Shown: piece after piece, positions 31,601 to 41,968 of the stretch
Numbering within the stretch: position 1 is the first letter of the stretch
Layout: every line of letters starts with the position of its first letter
Origin: an uncultured Planctomycetota bacterium
GTDB taxonomy: Bacteria > Planctomycetota > Planctomycetia > Pirellulales > Lacipirellulaceae
Direction of reading: 5' to 3'
Assembly: GCA_963719315.1 (NCBI GenBank)
Contig: CAVRBU010000003.1
Coordinates: forward strand, 192,001-256,000
DNA length: 64,000 nucleotides
The notes under the pieces: generated by a model
What the model was told of the DNA's origin: nothing
What the model saw: only the letters and a program-made list of their open reading frames with translations
The model's database searches: none
Program-made: the position numbers and the translations under genes

Positions 31601-33800
31601 TTTCGTTAATCTTCGCGTTCGCAAGGCCGATCTGGGCGATGTACGCCTCGTATTCCTCGGCCTGTTTGGCCTCCTTCGCCTTTTGCTCCTCCTGTTGGGC
31701 GATCTTCGTCTGATCTTCGGCCACCTTCTTCTGTTCGACGGCAATGCCTTTTTGCTCTTCGGCCACCTTCTTCTGTTCGACGGCGATGCCGGTCTGCGTC
31801 TCGGCTACTTTTCGCTGTTCGTCGGCTTCTTGCTTTTTCAATTCGGCGACATGGCGCTGCTCCGCCTCATTTTCCTGAGCAATGATTGCCTTGTTGCGTT
31901 GGGCACGCACGCTGAAGAACGCTATCGTCACCGTGGTAGCGACCGTTGCCAGCAAAGCCGCCACCGCGAACTTCGCCATTCGCAACCGCCGTTGCCGCGC
32001 ATTCCGCTCCGCGCGGGCCTTGTCGATCCGCTTCGCGAGAGCCTGATGCTCGGCCTGATTTGCATCGAGCAACGATGCCGCCAGATCGAGATCGCCCTTC
32101 TCGAGCGCGCAGGTGGCATAATCGCGCTGCGTTTCGATCAGCAGCTTGCGGGCCCGGTGGTTCGCGTCCCACAACGCGAGCGATTCCTGGAACCCGTACA
32201 ACGACCGGGCATAAAGCGGGTAGTCGTTCGCCGCACGGGCCTTTTGCAAGTTTTGATTCGCGTGCGCCGAAAGCACCAGGCTTTCAGAGTGCGATTGATA
32301 AACGCGAATCGCTTCTTGGAATTCCTTGACCGTCTGGTAGCGGTCGTGCTGCTGTGTGGCCATCGCCTTGAGGGCGATTTCCTTCAACTCGCCGTCGTAG
32401 CGAATCGGGTCAATCCGATTCTGCGACGCGCCCATCAGGCACTGCATCACATCGCGGCCCGAGTGGGGCGGCACGCCGCCGATGATCTCGTACAAAATCG
32501 CGCCGAGCAGATAAATGTCGCTCGTCTTGTTGATGCTTTCGACGGGGCCTTTCGCCATCTCCGGCGACATGTACGCGGGCGTTCCGCCCAGGCTGTCGGC
32601 CTGGTACACAGCATCCACGTGCGCGAACTCCGACGTGATCCGCGCGAGCCCCCAGTCCATCACCAGCACTTCGCCGTAATCGCCCAGCATCACGTTTTCC
32701 GGCTTCAAATCGCGGTGAATCACGCCGCCCGCGTGCGCGAACGCCACGGCGTCGGCTACGCGCAAGAGAATGCTCAGGTTCTCGTCGAGCTGCTTTTGGT
32801 GAATCGCCTTGTCCCAGGGCGTGCCGCGAACGCGCTTCATCGAGTAGAACAGCGCGCCTTCGTCGTTCGAGCCCAAGTCGTAAATCGGCACGATATTCGG
32901 GTGGTCGAGTTCGCCCGTTACGACCGCTTCGGAAATGAACTTGTCGCGCTGCTCCTCGCGGATCTTGGCCGACGGCTTGAGCATCTTCACCGCGACCGTG
33001 CGGGCGATCGACGATTGATGGGCCGCGTAAACCACGCCCATACCCCCCTCGCCGATGATGTCTAGCAACTCGTAATCCGGAACTTCGGCCAGGCTCTTCG
33101 GTGGCTCGGAACCCGCTTTTCGCTTCTCGCGCACGTACCGCGACTTCACGGGCAGCGATGATCGAAAGCCCGTGATCGTTTCGCGTTGGCGAATCGTTTG
33201 ACCCTGCTTAGTGTCGACATCGATCGTTCCCCGCCATTGCGAGTCGAATTGCTTAGCGTCTTCCGGCGACATGCCGAGGTCGATCGTTTTGTCGCTCTCC
33301 AGCGAATGCGTCGAATGTCGCTTCCGCTCCAACGGCGGAGCGGCGGGTGGGGGCGCTTGAAATTCCATCGTCAGATCCGAGTGATCGGGGAGCGTCGGCG
33401 TTTTAGGACGCTCGCTCGAATCAGGCTCCGACGACGAGAGCGATTCAAAATCCATCGTCATGTCGGAGCGTTCGGGCAGGGTGGGTTTGTTGGGCTGTTC
33501 TGCCGTAGCGTCCTCGGCCGAATGCTCCGCGGAGGGATGGTCTTTCTTGTAGCCGCTAAGGTCGAAGAAGTCGCTCAGTTCGATCGTCGCGCCGCCCTGG
33601 CTCGTATCTGTCAGCTCCAGATCGACCGACTCATCCTGGATTAATTCGACCGACTTGAGTTGGCCACCCTCGTCTCGCATCCGCGCGTCATCGATGGTCC
33701 TTTGCGCCAATTTGCGCAGCACGGCTCCGCAGTGCGGGCATGTGCCCGACACGATGGCTTTCTGATCGAGTTCGCGTTGGCAAGCGTTGCAGATTCGCAT
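28620..33800 (-). CDS. Hanks-type Ser/Thr protein kinase with TM, coiled coil and about 20 WD40 repeats
   Basis: IGEGGMGVVY, VAVK, HRDLKPEN, DWGLA, GTPAYMSPE; many GH...FSPDG...S.D.T..LWD repeats; N-terminal CxxC pairs. Confidence 0.95.
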   Translation of the reverse strand: MRICNACQRELDQKAIVSGTCPHCGAVLRKLAQRTIDDARMRDEGGQLKSVELIQDESVDLELTDTSQGGATIELSDFFDLSGYKKDHPSAEHSAEDATAEQPNKPTLPERSDMTMDFESLSSSEPDSSERPKTPTLPDHSDLTMEFQAPPPAAPPLERKRHSTHSLESDKTIDLGMSPEDAKQFDSQWRGTIDVDTKQGQTIRQRETITGFRSSLPVKSRYVREKRKAGSEPPKSLAEVPDYELLDIIGEGGMGVVYAAHQSSIARTVAVKMLKPSAKIREEQRDKFISEAVVTGELDHPNIVPIYDLGSNDEGALFYSMKRVRGTPWDKAIHQKQLDENLSILLRVADAVAFAHAGGVIHRDLKPENVMLGDYGEVLVMDWGLARITSEFAHVDAVYQADSLGGTPAYMSPEMAKGPVESINKTSDIYLLGAILYEIIGGVPPHSGRDVMQCLMGASQNRIDPIRYDGELKEIALKAMATQQHDRYQTVKEFQEAIRVYQSHSESLVLSAHANQNLQKARAANDYPLYARSLYGFQESLALWDANHRARKLLIETQRDYATCALEKGDLDLAASLLDANQAEHQALAKRIDKARAERNARQRRLRMAKFAVAALLATVATTVTIAFFSVRAQRNKAIIAQENEAEQRHVAELKKQEADEQRKVAETQTGIAVEQKKVAEEQKGIAVEQKKVAEDQTKIAQQEEQKAKEAKQAEEYEAYIAQIGLANAKINENAFDSAQQLLDASQPDLRNWEWGRLTHMCELDAASYKMGGPVDAVAYSPDGKSIASGDMKGKLTVRDVQTGQGYEVPQGQYVLAVAYSPDGRQIATGSSDKTIHILDAANGDVLKTLKGHTDGVLSVRFSPDGKQLLSGSYDNTARLWDIATEAELQTLRGHSWWVWSAEFSPDGNRVVTAGQDGKAIVWQRSTDDPFRHDSSATDGIVRPTSGLPLYTQITEFTGHDGAVYSARFSPDGKLIATGGYDKMVMVWNPDEVEPIDIDNRLHHRPDMKLEYIRLAGHDGPVRSVGFSPNGKLVLSGSEDNSIRLWDVAAGEEIKALRGHGGIVRSCTFSPDGKLVLSGGDDESVRLWDVRGYQETLVLHATVFARHEGHEDAVLSARFSPDGQKIVTASRDRTASLWDANTGQPVRRFEEGHEFLVSGVVFYPDGRHLATGAGDNSVRIWDLTAGTQTAVMTPTGRIGTLAVSPNGQWLATGSPGNDIKLWSAQSGAALGTLQGHEAEISALMFSPSGELLASGDNRGHVRLWRIETNAPGGSPRWVLDKELVGHNGSISGMRFTPDGKRLVTSSGDRTCGQWEVSSGEELRELVLKHAEWVSSLDLSADGKLALTTCDDGLARLWRLADAKLLAAVKSPPGRPFNSAAFSPDGSTAVLASSIDKTVRLWNVSTAATGLAADAAQADATKSFLDFNKLGGEVWAAMFAPDGRHILTIGGNDAEMWDIDTRRPVIRYSPHGAVASAAISPDGKLVATGSWDHSAKIWDIDTGRAIHKLDGGHTGYINSVEFSPDGRELLTASDDGTARLWDVQSGKATGVVFKGHTERILSASFSPDGTRILTVSGDKTARIWDRATGNPISAPFTGHNWAVLCGEFSADGKRIITGSQDKTAIIWDAMTGDKLIPLEGHSAAVTSVAFSPDGTRVVTGSQDNTAKLWDSKTGKEILTLPGHTQEVTSVSFSPDGLNVLTSSRDGTAIIWLANEWRGEKKAAVAQR

Positions 33801-33927
33801 AGTTCAAAAAGGCCGCGACGGGCCGAACCGACCCGCGTGAAGCCAAGCACCTATTCTAATCAATCTGCCTGAAAAGCTGCAGTAAGGGCCGCAAAGAAGC
33901 ACAAAAACACGCAAAAAAAGGGAAGTT

Positions 33928-33987
33928 GTGGGGGTGTGCACTGCCACCGCCTTTTGCAAAATCCTTGGTGGGCAATGCCCACCCTAC
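33928..33987. repeat. GTAG-type REP doublet
   Basis: Reverse-complement GTAGGGTGGGCATTGCCCACC plus a degenerate inverted partner. Confidence 0.65.
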
Positions 33988-34008
33988 TTTGGTCCCATTT
34001 CGCGGTGA

Positions 34009-37000
34009 TCATTGAACTACCCGCCGTCGCCCGGCTCGACGCAATCGTTTCCACGCCCGCTCGTCCGCCCGATCAAACGCCGCATTCACCTCGCGCGACC
34101 AACTGCCGCGCTGGGCCACAAGGCCCAACCCGGCTAGCGGCGCCGCCCAACGCAGCCGCGAAGAACTCGGTCCTTCGGCGGCAACCGCGGACTGCCGTTC
34201 GAAAGCCGCCGGTTGAATGGCGTCCGTCGAGACTTGTTCCAGCGGCACGATCGACTCGTTCATCGCCGCCGGCTGATTCAGGCCCGGCACGCGCTGAAGC
34301 TGCGGATTGTTCTCCAGCGGTTGCACCTGGTTTTGCTCGCCGCCTTCGATCGGTGGCCGATCGCGCGTCCCTTCCGAATCGTCCGACGGATCAACCACGC
34401 GCCTGCGCCGCACATACACGTCGAGAACCAGCCGTGGCGAATTGTTGTCGGTGCGGATCAGGTAGATCTTGTAATGGTTGTCTGGCAGCGTCGCGATAAG
34501 CCCACGGAGATCGGTGAGCGCTTCGTCATCCAAACGGTACTTCGCTACTACTTTGCCCTCCGGCGAGATTACGTCGAGCTCCAAATAGCGATCGGACGTT
34601 GGCGCCAACTCGCTGCGGGCAACGCGGATATTCGGCGTCTGCAAGCTTTGGGGCGTCGTCGTATTCTGATCCAGTAACACCTGCACCATATCAGGCGCGA
34701 CATACTCCAGCCGAGGCACGTCCGGCGTAGTGTCGATCGCCACATTCACTACGTCGATCCCTGGGTTTCCGATCGCGATCGAACCGCTGACGCTGCCGCC
34801 GTTGTCGTCGATCAGCGTGACCGTAATCGGAATGTCGGCCGTCGGATGGAGTGGATCGGGCGGGCCCAGATAACGGTGCTCGACTTCGAACGAGCCCGTC
34901 GTCATCACGCCTTCGCCGCCGCTCGTGCGGGCCGACGATAGGACCATCGATTGCGAGTTCACGACGAACGGGCTGCCGGGCGCGACCTGCGTCACCATGA
35001 TCGTGTCGATCGTTCCATCGCCCCAATTAACGACATACGTGAACGATTCTTGAAACTGGTCACCATTCGGCGGCGGCGTTGGATTGGCTGGATTGTCGAA
35101 GCCCAAGTCGCTAAACGCGAAACGAATTCGCGTGATGCCCTGGGTATTCACATCGTCTCCGTTAAGCGGCGTCACGACCACCGGATTGGTGTTGTGTACC
35201 GACACGATGAACGTTCGTGAATCGACGCCGTCGTCGTCGTCGTGAATCTTTACAGTCACCGTGTAATTGCCGTCGTCCGCGTAGATGTGGCTTTCGCCGA
35301 ACGAGCCTTCGGACGGCACGCCCACGCCGCCTGGCGTCGCGTTGACGATTACGTTCGCCACGGTGTGACGACCGTCGCCCCAGTCGATATCGTACGTGAA
35401 TGTCTCGGCCACCTCGCCGCCATTCGGCGGAGTGTTGTCGTTCGCCGGATTGTCAAAACCGGGATCGCTGAACGACACCGTGAAATTGACCGACCCGTTT
35501 TCATTGATGTTGGCGGCCGAAGGCGCCGGCATCGCCAGCGTCGGCGCAACATTCGTCACCGTGATCGTGAATTGGAGATCGATGTAATCGACGCCGTTCG
35601 TGCCCGACGTGAAGTTGCCGCTCATATTGTCGTCGGCCACGCGAATGCGAACGGTATACACGCCGTTGTCCGCATATGTATGAGGCGCGTGGTCGAAGAG
35701 CGCCGTCGTCGGCACGCCGGGGCTGCCGCTGGTCCTCATCACGATGCTCACCGGCGTATCGGCCGTGCCATCGCCCCAATCGATCGTATAGCCGGTGAAT
35801 GTTTCGTGGAGCGGGTCAGTAATTCCCGGCGGCATCGCCGGGTTGGGATTCGCCAAGTTATCAAAGCCGGGGTCGGCGAGGCCAACGCCCATGTTCGGCA
35901 GCGGCCCCCCCAGATTCGACAGTACGAACGCCGTCCCTTCGGCCACCGTGTTGGCCGGGGACGTGTCGGTGAGCGAAGGCGCCACATTCCCGACCGTGAC
36001 GAAGAAGGAGCTAGTGCCGACGCCGCCGTTGTCGTCGTGGACGGTGACGGTGACCTGGTACTTGCCGTCATCGGCATAGGTATGGCTGCCGGCGATCGTG
36101 CCGCTGGAAGGAGTTCCCGGTCCGCCGTTCAGATCGGCGATGCTCATGCCGGTGATGGCGTCCCGGCCATCACCCCAATCGATGTCGTAGGTGAACGACT
36201 CGGCCAGCGGATCGCCCACCGCCGGCGGCAGGAAGGGATTGGTGTTGAGCGGGTTATCGAAGCCGGCATCGGTGAACGTGGCCAGGTTGGCGAACGAAAC
36301 CGTGTCGCCCTCGAGAATGTTCTGATTGCCGTGGGGCGTCAGCACCACGGGGTTCTGGGTCCCGACCGTGACGAAGAAGGAGCTAGTGCCGACGCCGCCG
36401 TTGTCGTCGTGGACGGTGACGGTGACCTGGTACTTGCCGTCATCGGCATAGGTATGGCTGCCGGCGATCGTGCCGCTGGAAGGAGTTCCCGGTCCGCCGT
36501 TCAGATCGGCGATGCTCATGCCGGTGATGGCGTCCCGGCCATCACCCCAATCGATGTCGTAGGTGAACGACTCGGCCAGCGGATCGCCCACCGCCGGCGG
36601 CAGGAAGGGATTGGTGTTGAGCGGGTTATCGAAGCCGGCATCGGTGAACGTGGCCAGGTTGGCGAACGAAACCGTGTCGCCCTCGAGAATGTTCTGATTG
36701 CCGTGGGGCGTCAGCACCACGGGGTTCTGGGTCCCGACCGTGACGAAGAAGGAGCTAGTGCCGACGCCGCCGTTGTCGTCGTGGACGGTGACGGTGACCT
36801 GGTACTTGCCGTCATCGGCATAGGTATGGCTGCCGGCGATCGTGCCGCTGGAAGGAGTTCCCGGTCCGCCGTTCAGATCGGCGATGCTCATGCCGGTGAT
36901 GGCGTCCCGGCCATCACCCCAATCGATGTCGTAGGTGAACGACTCGGCCAGCGGATCGCCCACCGCCGGCGGCAGGAAGGGATTGGTGTTGAGCGGGTTA

Positions 37001-40000
37001 TCGAAGCCGGCATCGGTGAACGTGGCCAGGTTGGCGAACGAAACCGTGTCGCCCTCGAGAATGTTCTGATTGCCGTGGGGCGTCAGCACCACGGGGTTCT
37101 GGGTCCCGACCGTGACGAAGAAGGAGCTAGTGCCGACGCCGCCGTTGTCGTCGTGGACGGTGACGGTGACCTGGTACTTGCCGTCATCGGCATAGGTATG
37201 GCTGCCGGCGATCGTGCCGCTGGAAGGAGTTCCCGGTCCGCCGTTCAGATCGGCGATGCTCATGCCGGTGATGGCGTCCCGGCCATCACCCCAATCGATG
37301 TCGTAGGTGAACGACTCGGCCAGCGGATCGCCCACCGCCGGCGGCAGGAAGGGATTGGTGTTGAGCGGGTTATCGAAGCCGGCATCGGTGAACGTGGCCA
37401 GGTTGGCGAACGAAACCGTGTCGCCCTCGAGAATGTTCTGATTGCCGTGGGGCGTCAGCACCACGGGGTTCTGGGTCCCGACCGTGACGAAGAAGGAGCT
37501 AGTGCCGACGCCGCCGTTGTCGTCGTGGACGGTGACGGTGACCTGGTACTTGCCGTCATCGGCATAGGTATGGCTGCCGGCGATCGTGCCGCTGGAAGGA
37601 GTTCCCGGTCCGCCGTTCAGATCGGCGATGCTCATGCCGGTGATGGCGTCCCGGCCATCACCCCAATCGATGTCGTAGGTGAACGACTCGGCCAGCGGAT
37701 CGCCCACCGCCGGCGGCAGGAAGGGATTGGTGTTGAGCGGGTTATCGAAGCCGGCATCGGTGAACGTGGCCAGGTTGGCGAACGAAACCGTGTCGCCCTC
37801 GAGAATGTTCTGATTGCCGTGGGGCGTCAGCACCACGGGGTTCTGGGTCCCGACCGTGACGAAGAAGGAGCTAGTGCCGACGCCGCCGTTGTCGTCGTGG
37901 ACGGTGACGGTGACCTGGTACTTGCCGTCATCGGCATAGGTATGGCTGCCGGCGATCGTGCCGCTGGAAGGAGTTCCCGGTCCGCCGTTCAGATCGGCGA
38001 TGCTCATGCCGGTGATGGCGTCCCGGCCATCACCCCAATCGATGTCGTAGGTGAACGACTCGGCCAGCGGATCGCCCACCGCCGGCGGCAGGAAGGGATT
38101 GGTGTTGAGCGGGTTATCGAAGCCGGCATCGGTGAACGTGGCCAGGTTGGCGAACGAAACCGTGTCGCCCTCGAGAATGTTCTGATTGCCGTGGGGCGTC
38201 AGCACCACGGGGTTCTGGGTCCCGACCGTGACGAAGAAGGAGCTAGTGCCGACGCCGCCGTTGTCGTCGTGGACGGTGACGGTGACCTGGTACTTGCCGT
38301 CATCGGCATAGGTATGGCTGCCGGCGATCGTGCCGCTGGAAGGAGTTCCCGGTCCGCCGTTCAGATCGGCGATGCTCATGCCGGTGATGGCGTCCCGGCC
38401 ATCACCCCAATCGATGTCGTAGGTGAACGACTCGGCCAGCGGATCGCCCACCGCCGGCGGCAGGAAGGGATTGGTGTTGAGCGGGTTATCGAAGCCGGCA
38501 TCGGTGAACGTGGCCAGGTTGGCGAACGAAACCGTGTCGCCCTCGAGAATGTTCTGATTGCCGTGGGGCGTCAGCACCACGGGGTTCTGGGTCCCGACCG
38601 TGACGAAGAAGGAATCCGTATCGCTCTCACCGTCTTTATCCGTGACGGTTACCGTGACCTTGTATAGACCGTCATCGGCGTACACGTGCATGCCACCCAG
38701 CGCACCGGCGCCCATACCGGCGAAAACCGTGGCGTTGTCGATTGCCCTGCCGTCGCCCCAATCAATGGTGGCCGTGTGCGTGTCGAGCGTCCCGGGATCG
38801 ACGAACAGCCCGATCGGTGGCGCACTACCGAGCCCGCTCAGGTCAAGCAAGTTGCCTTCGAGCACGTTCTGCATCGTCGCCACAACGAGCGCCGGCGGCA
38901 CGTTCTTGACCGTCACCGGCGCCACGTACGGTCCGGTCGAATCCATCTCGTCGTCGCTCACCACGAGCGAAACATCGTACGTATCCGTGGGCGCGTTCGT
39001 GGGCCCGTCATCCAGATACTGATGGCTCAACTGCAACTTGCGATTCGCCGCCATCCATTGATACGTCGTGTCGCCGACCGTCCCGGATGCGTTCGCTGAG
39101 CCTAAGCTGCCGATTGTGGCCGTCGAGCCGTCGAGCCAATCGACATGGACTGTGAACACATCGTTTGTGCTGGGGTCGACGATCTTCGCGCTAATTGTCG
39201 CTACTTGGTTTTCGTTGATCGTGTCACCCGTTATGTTCGTAAGCGTTGGGGCCGCATTGTTCACATGGATCGTCGTCGTGTAATCCGTGAATTGCCCGTC
39301 CTTGTCGATAATCCGCGCCTTGACCGTGTAATCGCTGGGTCCTTCGAACAGCAAACTGCCCGATATGCTTTGGCTGGTGTTCGTCCCCGAGCCCCCGTAC
39401 GTGCCGTCTCCCACGTCGAAAGTGCCGTCGTTGTTGATGTCGTACGCGTAGTGGAAGCCGGCCGTCGTGTCGGCGCTGCTCGGATCGAATTGATTGGTAA
39501 ACGTGACCGTTGCAGATGAGCCTTCGAAAACCGGACCGCTGTTGCCAAGTGTTGCGGTCGGATCGACTGGATCGACGAACACGTCAAATGAATCCGAGTC
39601 CATGCCGCCGTTGTTGTCCATCACCTCGATCGTGACCGTGTACGTTCCCTGGTCGGCATAAACGTGCGTCCCGCCCAACGCGCCGGAACCCACGCCAGCG
39701 AAAACGGTCGCGTTTTCCGTCGGGCTGCCATCGCCCCAGTTGACGGTCGCCGTGTGCGTATCACCCAAATCGGTATCGATGTACAACGCTAGCGGCGGCG
39801 CGCCGCCCAAACCGCTAAGGTCCAGCAATTGGCCTTCATTCACGTTCTGGTCTAGTTGCGTAATGAGGAGCGGCGGCACATTCGCCGCGGCTCCTTGCAT
39901 TAATTCGGCGCTATTAGCAGATTGCGACTCCGTGCCCGGCGGCGGCGTCCAATTGAACGTGAGCGGCGGCTGTGTGGTTGTGTCGGTCGTCGCTGCCGGC

Positions 40001-40183
40001 GGCGGTGCGGGCGCATCGCTCGAACGTCACCGCGCTCACCACCACGGTTTGAGCAGCCCCATCCAATACCCGGCGGCGTTCCAGTTGCCTCACGCGGAGC
40101 GACGCCACCTTCTTCGATCGCCGGCCTGAACGACCGGCTCGACCACGCAACAATTGCGATCCGGTGAACCACGAAAGGCGCAT
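34009..40183 (-). CDS. Giant secreted PKD-repeat adhesin-like protein with LEPR-XLL-type N-terminus; frameshift near 40020
   Basis: MRLSWF...RVRQLERRRVLDG in upstream frame; repeated DWGDG...SHTYADDG.Y.VTV.V.DD PKD motifs. Confidence 0.88.
35989..38613 (-). repeat. 7 tandem 372-bp (124-aa) repeats plus a 21-bp partial unit
   Basis: Units begin at 35989, 36361, 36733, 37105, 37477, 37849 and 38221; no differences seen by eye. Confidence 0.97.
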
Positions 40184-40276
40184 ATTCGCGAACCCCACAG
40201 GATAAGAGCGGGTTGCTCGTGCCAGTGCCAAGTCCCGGTTTGGCAGGCGGTGACGGCCCAAATCAGCAGAACACCT

Positions 40277-40305
40277 ATTATCACGAGGAAATGCTGAGAA
40301 TGCAA
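40277..40305 (-). promoter_or_regulatory. Putative sigma70 promoter for the adhesin gene
   Basis: Minus strand TTGCAT-N17-GATAAT, about 95 bp upstream of ATG at 40183. Confidence 0.45.
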
Positions 40306-40332
40306 ACATTCTGTTGCGTTCTATCTCGTGGC

Positions 40333-41861
40333 GGGTAGGCGTCTCGATTGTTGGTGGGAAATCTGCTCTGCTGAAGGGTCTGTGACAATTGGGGGGTAAT
40401 TCTCGAACTCGAAGACCGGAGAGCAGAGCGATGGCCAAGCAGATCAAGGCGTTGGAACTGGACCTGACAGCGGAAGAGGAAGCGGCGGCGGAGCGGATTT
40501 ACGAGTCGCTCAAGGGCCAGGCCGAACAGCAGTTGAAGAACATGGCGCGGATGATGGCGGCGAAGAAGCCCGAGGAGTTGTTGGGCCGCGGCGAGTTCGA
40601 GTTGCGGGACATGTTGTTCGATTTGGGAGCGAACGTGCTGGAGACCGCCACCAACGAGTGTGTAAAAAAGGGGCGCTTATCAGGGAGCTAGCTTAGCCTG
40701 CTCCTGCGGCGGCAGCGCGAAGTTCATCGACTGGCGAACGAAAGGATTGGTCAGCCTGCTGGGAGACATCCGTTTGACGCGGACCTATTACTACTGCTGC
40801 CAGTGCGGCGCGAGCCAGCAGCCCTGGGACGAGCGGCTGGGCCTCACCCCGCGGCACGTCACGCCCGGCGCGGAGGAACTGGCGTCGCTGGCCGGCACGC
40901 TGAGCAGCTTTGGCTTGGCGGCCGAACGAGCCTTGGTCCGCATGAGTGGCATTCGGTTGGCGGAGTCGACCGTGCTGCGCGTCACGGAAGAAGCGGGCCA
41001 ACGCTTGGGAGCGAAACTCGCGGCCAAGCAAACGTTTGGCCCCCAGGAAGACTGGCTTTGGCAACGGGATGCCGAGGGTCGGCGCTGCGCCTACCTGGCC
41101 GTCGATCACACGGGGGTGCCGCAGCAGGCCATCGGCGGTGGCCCGGCGGAGTCGCGGATGGCCGCGGTGGCGATGGTCTTCAATGCGCGTTCGCCGTTCG
41201 AGGAACAACCAGCCCAAGATCCACACCAAGTGCGGTATTTGGCCGGTTTTCATGATTTAGACGATTTGGGGCTGCAATGGCGCCGGCAGGCCGCGCAGGT
41301 CGGCTGGGACCACGCCGAGCAACAGATCGCGCTGACCGACGGCGCTCCTTGCTTGGAGCGTTTCATCGAGAAGAACGCGCCGCTGGCGGTGCGGATCCTC
41401 GACTTTTACCATGCCAGTGAGCACGTGGCCGAATTGGCTCGTGCGCTTCACCCGGGCGATGACGGCGCCTTTGCCAAACGACAACGTGACTGGTGTCACA
41501 AGCTCAAGCACGAAGGAGGAGCACGCTCGTGGCCAGTTGGGAATCGCTCGATCAGAGCGACTGGAACGAGGCCCAGCGGGAGTGCTACCGACAACAAGCA
41601 CAATACGTGCGGAACAACGTCCATCGCATGGACTATCCCACGTACTTGACCCGCGGTTGGATGATCGGCTCCGGTCCGGTGGAAGCCGCGTGCAAGCTGG
41701 TCGTGGGAGGACGGCTCAAAGGCAGCGGGATGCGCTGGCGAGAGCCCGGCAGCGACAGCGTCTGCCACCTCCGCGCCCTGTTCCTCGGCCAGCCCGGACA
41801 GTGGGAAGGCTTCTGGTATCAGACTGCCGTCTAATACCACCAACAAAAAAGACGCCCACCC
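40333..41861 (+). mobile_element. ISKra4-like IS, copy 1 (1529 bp)
   Basis: Imperfect 25-bp TIRs GGGTAGGCGTCTCGATTGTTGGTGG / GGGTGGGCGTCTTTTTTGTTGGTGG; flanked by 9-bp direct repeat TCTCGTGGC. Confidence 0.92.
40431..41834 (+). pseudogene. ISKra4-like transposase (orfA/orfB) with an extra 1-nt deletion near 41523
   Basis: GCACGCTC here versus GCAGCGCTC in copy 2; could be a sequencing error. Confidence 0.7.
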
Positions 41862-41968
41862 TCTCGTGGCGGGTAGGCGTCTCGATTGTTGGTGGGAAAT
41901 CTGCTCTGCTGAAGGGTCTGTGACAATTGGGGGGTAATTCTCGAACTCGAAGACCGGAGAGCAGAGCG

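Noticed and set aside
35989..38613. CRISPR or DGR-like array
   Set aside because: Contiguous coding repeats with no spacers, no adenine-specific variation, and no cas or RT gene
35242..38667. 1141-aa plus-strand ORF
   Set aside because: Antisense shadow of the repeated PKD gene; no protein-like motifs
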